This document shows positions 63,032 through 64,000 of a DNA stretch of 64,000 nucleotides, piece by piece. A model generated the notes under the pieces. The model was given only the letters and a program-made list of their open reading frames with translations. It was not told where the DNA came from and ran no database searches. The translations under genes and the position numbers were made by a program. Source of the DNA: Alphaproteobacteria bacterium (GTDB lineage Bacteria > Pseudomonadota > Alphaproteobacteria > JAAXGF01). Positions within the stretch are counted from its first letter, which is position 1. The number at the start of each line of letters is the position of its first letter. The DNA is taken from contig CAUVXB020000001.1 of the NCBI GenBank assembly GCA_963555825.3, positions 1,600,001 to 1,664,000 on the forward strand. The letters are read 5' to 3'.

Positions 63032-64000
63032 TCGAAGTGTCCAAGGAGGACCGGAACATGACCGACAATTTTGAGAACAAAGTTGCTGTTGATGGGCCTG
63101 TGGTAAACGAGGGCGAGCTTGGCTCGTCCACGTTTTCCCCGGGCCAGGTTTCGCCGGCAGGCCCGCTGGGACTTGGCCAGCGGTGGACGGTGACGCGCAA
63201 GCGTGAGGTTGCCCTGCGGCTTTTGCGTGGCGAGCCGGTGGAACTTTTGTCGCGGCAGTTGGGCGTGGAGATTTTCCGGCTCGAGCAGTGGCGTGAGAAG
63301 GCGATCGCCGGGATCGATGCCTCGCTCAAGGAACGCAAGGGCGATCCGGTGAAGGCGGAACTGGACATCGCCATGAAGCGGATCGGGGAGTTGATCATGC
63401 AGGTGGAACTGCTGGAGGCCAAGACGGAGACGTCCGGCCCTTTGGGGCGGCGGAGGTCGCGGCGATGAGTGCCGCCACCTCTCCCGGCACGGGTTTGGCC
63501 TACGGCCTCCAGCGGGTCTGTGCGGCCTGGGGTTTTGCCCGTTCCTCGTTCTACGCCATGAAATCCCGGCAGCAGGCCACCGCTGAGCGCCCACCAGCAA
63601 AGCGCCGGGGACCGAAGCCCTCGATCTCGGACGAGGCTCTGCTGGTGGCCATCGAGGCCGACCTGGAGGCATCCCCCTGGGAGGGCGAGGGACACCGCAA
63701 GGTCTGGGCTCGGCTTCGGGTCTGTCGTGGCATCCGTGTTTCCCGCAAGCGGGGGCTCCGGGTGATGCGCGAGAACAACCTGCTCTCGCCCCATCGCTGC
63801 CGCCGCCGTGGCGGAAATCCCCATGTCGGTGAGATCATCACCCATGCCCCCAACCTCATGTGGGGCACGGACGGCGTTCGGGTGTTCACGGTGGACGACG
63901 GCTGGGGCTGGATATTCACCGCCATCGAGCATTGGAACGCCGAGTGCGTCGGCTGGCATGTGTGCAAGCGAGGCGACCGCTTCGCCGCCCTTCAGCCGAT
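62992..64000 (+). mobile_element. IS3-family element, runs off window
   Basis: TG start at divergence from IS256; orfA 63058-63468 (WTVTRKREVALRLLRGE); orfB from 63465 (GHRKVW, PNLMWGTD). Confidence 0.82.

Overview
GC-rich alphaproteobacterial (Rhodospirillales-like; inferred from the glyQ-glyS-ppdK order and gene content) chromosome segment in two halves. 1-29.7 kb is mostly core genome: RND adaptor + TetR regulator, methyltransferase, PG-binding/TPR protein, molybdopterin oxidoreductase, poly-Gly protein, LPS core/O-antigen genes, ygfZ, an IS66, HIT, ppdK, glyS/glyQ, cytochrome P460-family, S49 peptidase, class V aminotransferase and tRNA-Asn. Downstream of the tRNA is an IS-riddled accessory region (IS21 x2, ISKra4-like, IS3 x2, IS1182-like x2, IS256 x2, IS630, a MITE). 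Its cargo is a twice-interrupted caspase-family gene, aprM-aprB-aprA-sat with a phosphodiesterase and a degenerate CysH-like gene, a pqqABCDE operon whose pqqE has an in-frame amber stop, and the best novelty candidate: a compact putative thioamide RiPP locus. That locus has a 149-aa precursor with eight tandem 12-aa cores (consensus DHGAARYVIEPG), then YcaO, TfuA and a Crp-family regulator, with a perfect TGTGA-N6-TCACA box upstream. A second notable observation is an 1801-bp IS1182-like element whose junctions all fall at nt 12-18 of IS256 terminal inverted repeats. All family calls come from motif recognition by eye, not database searches.
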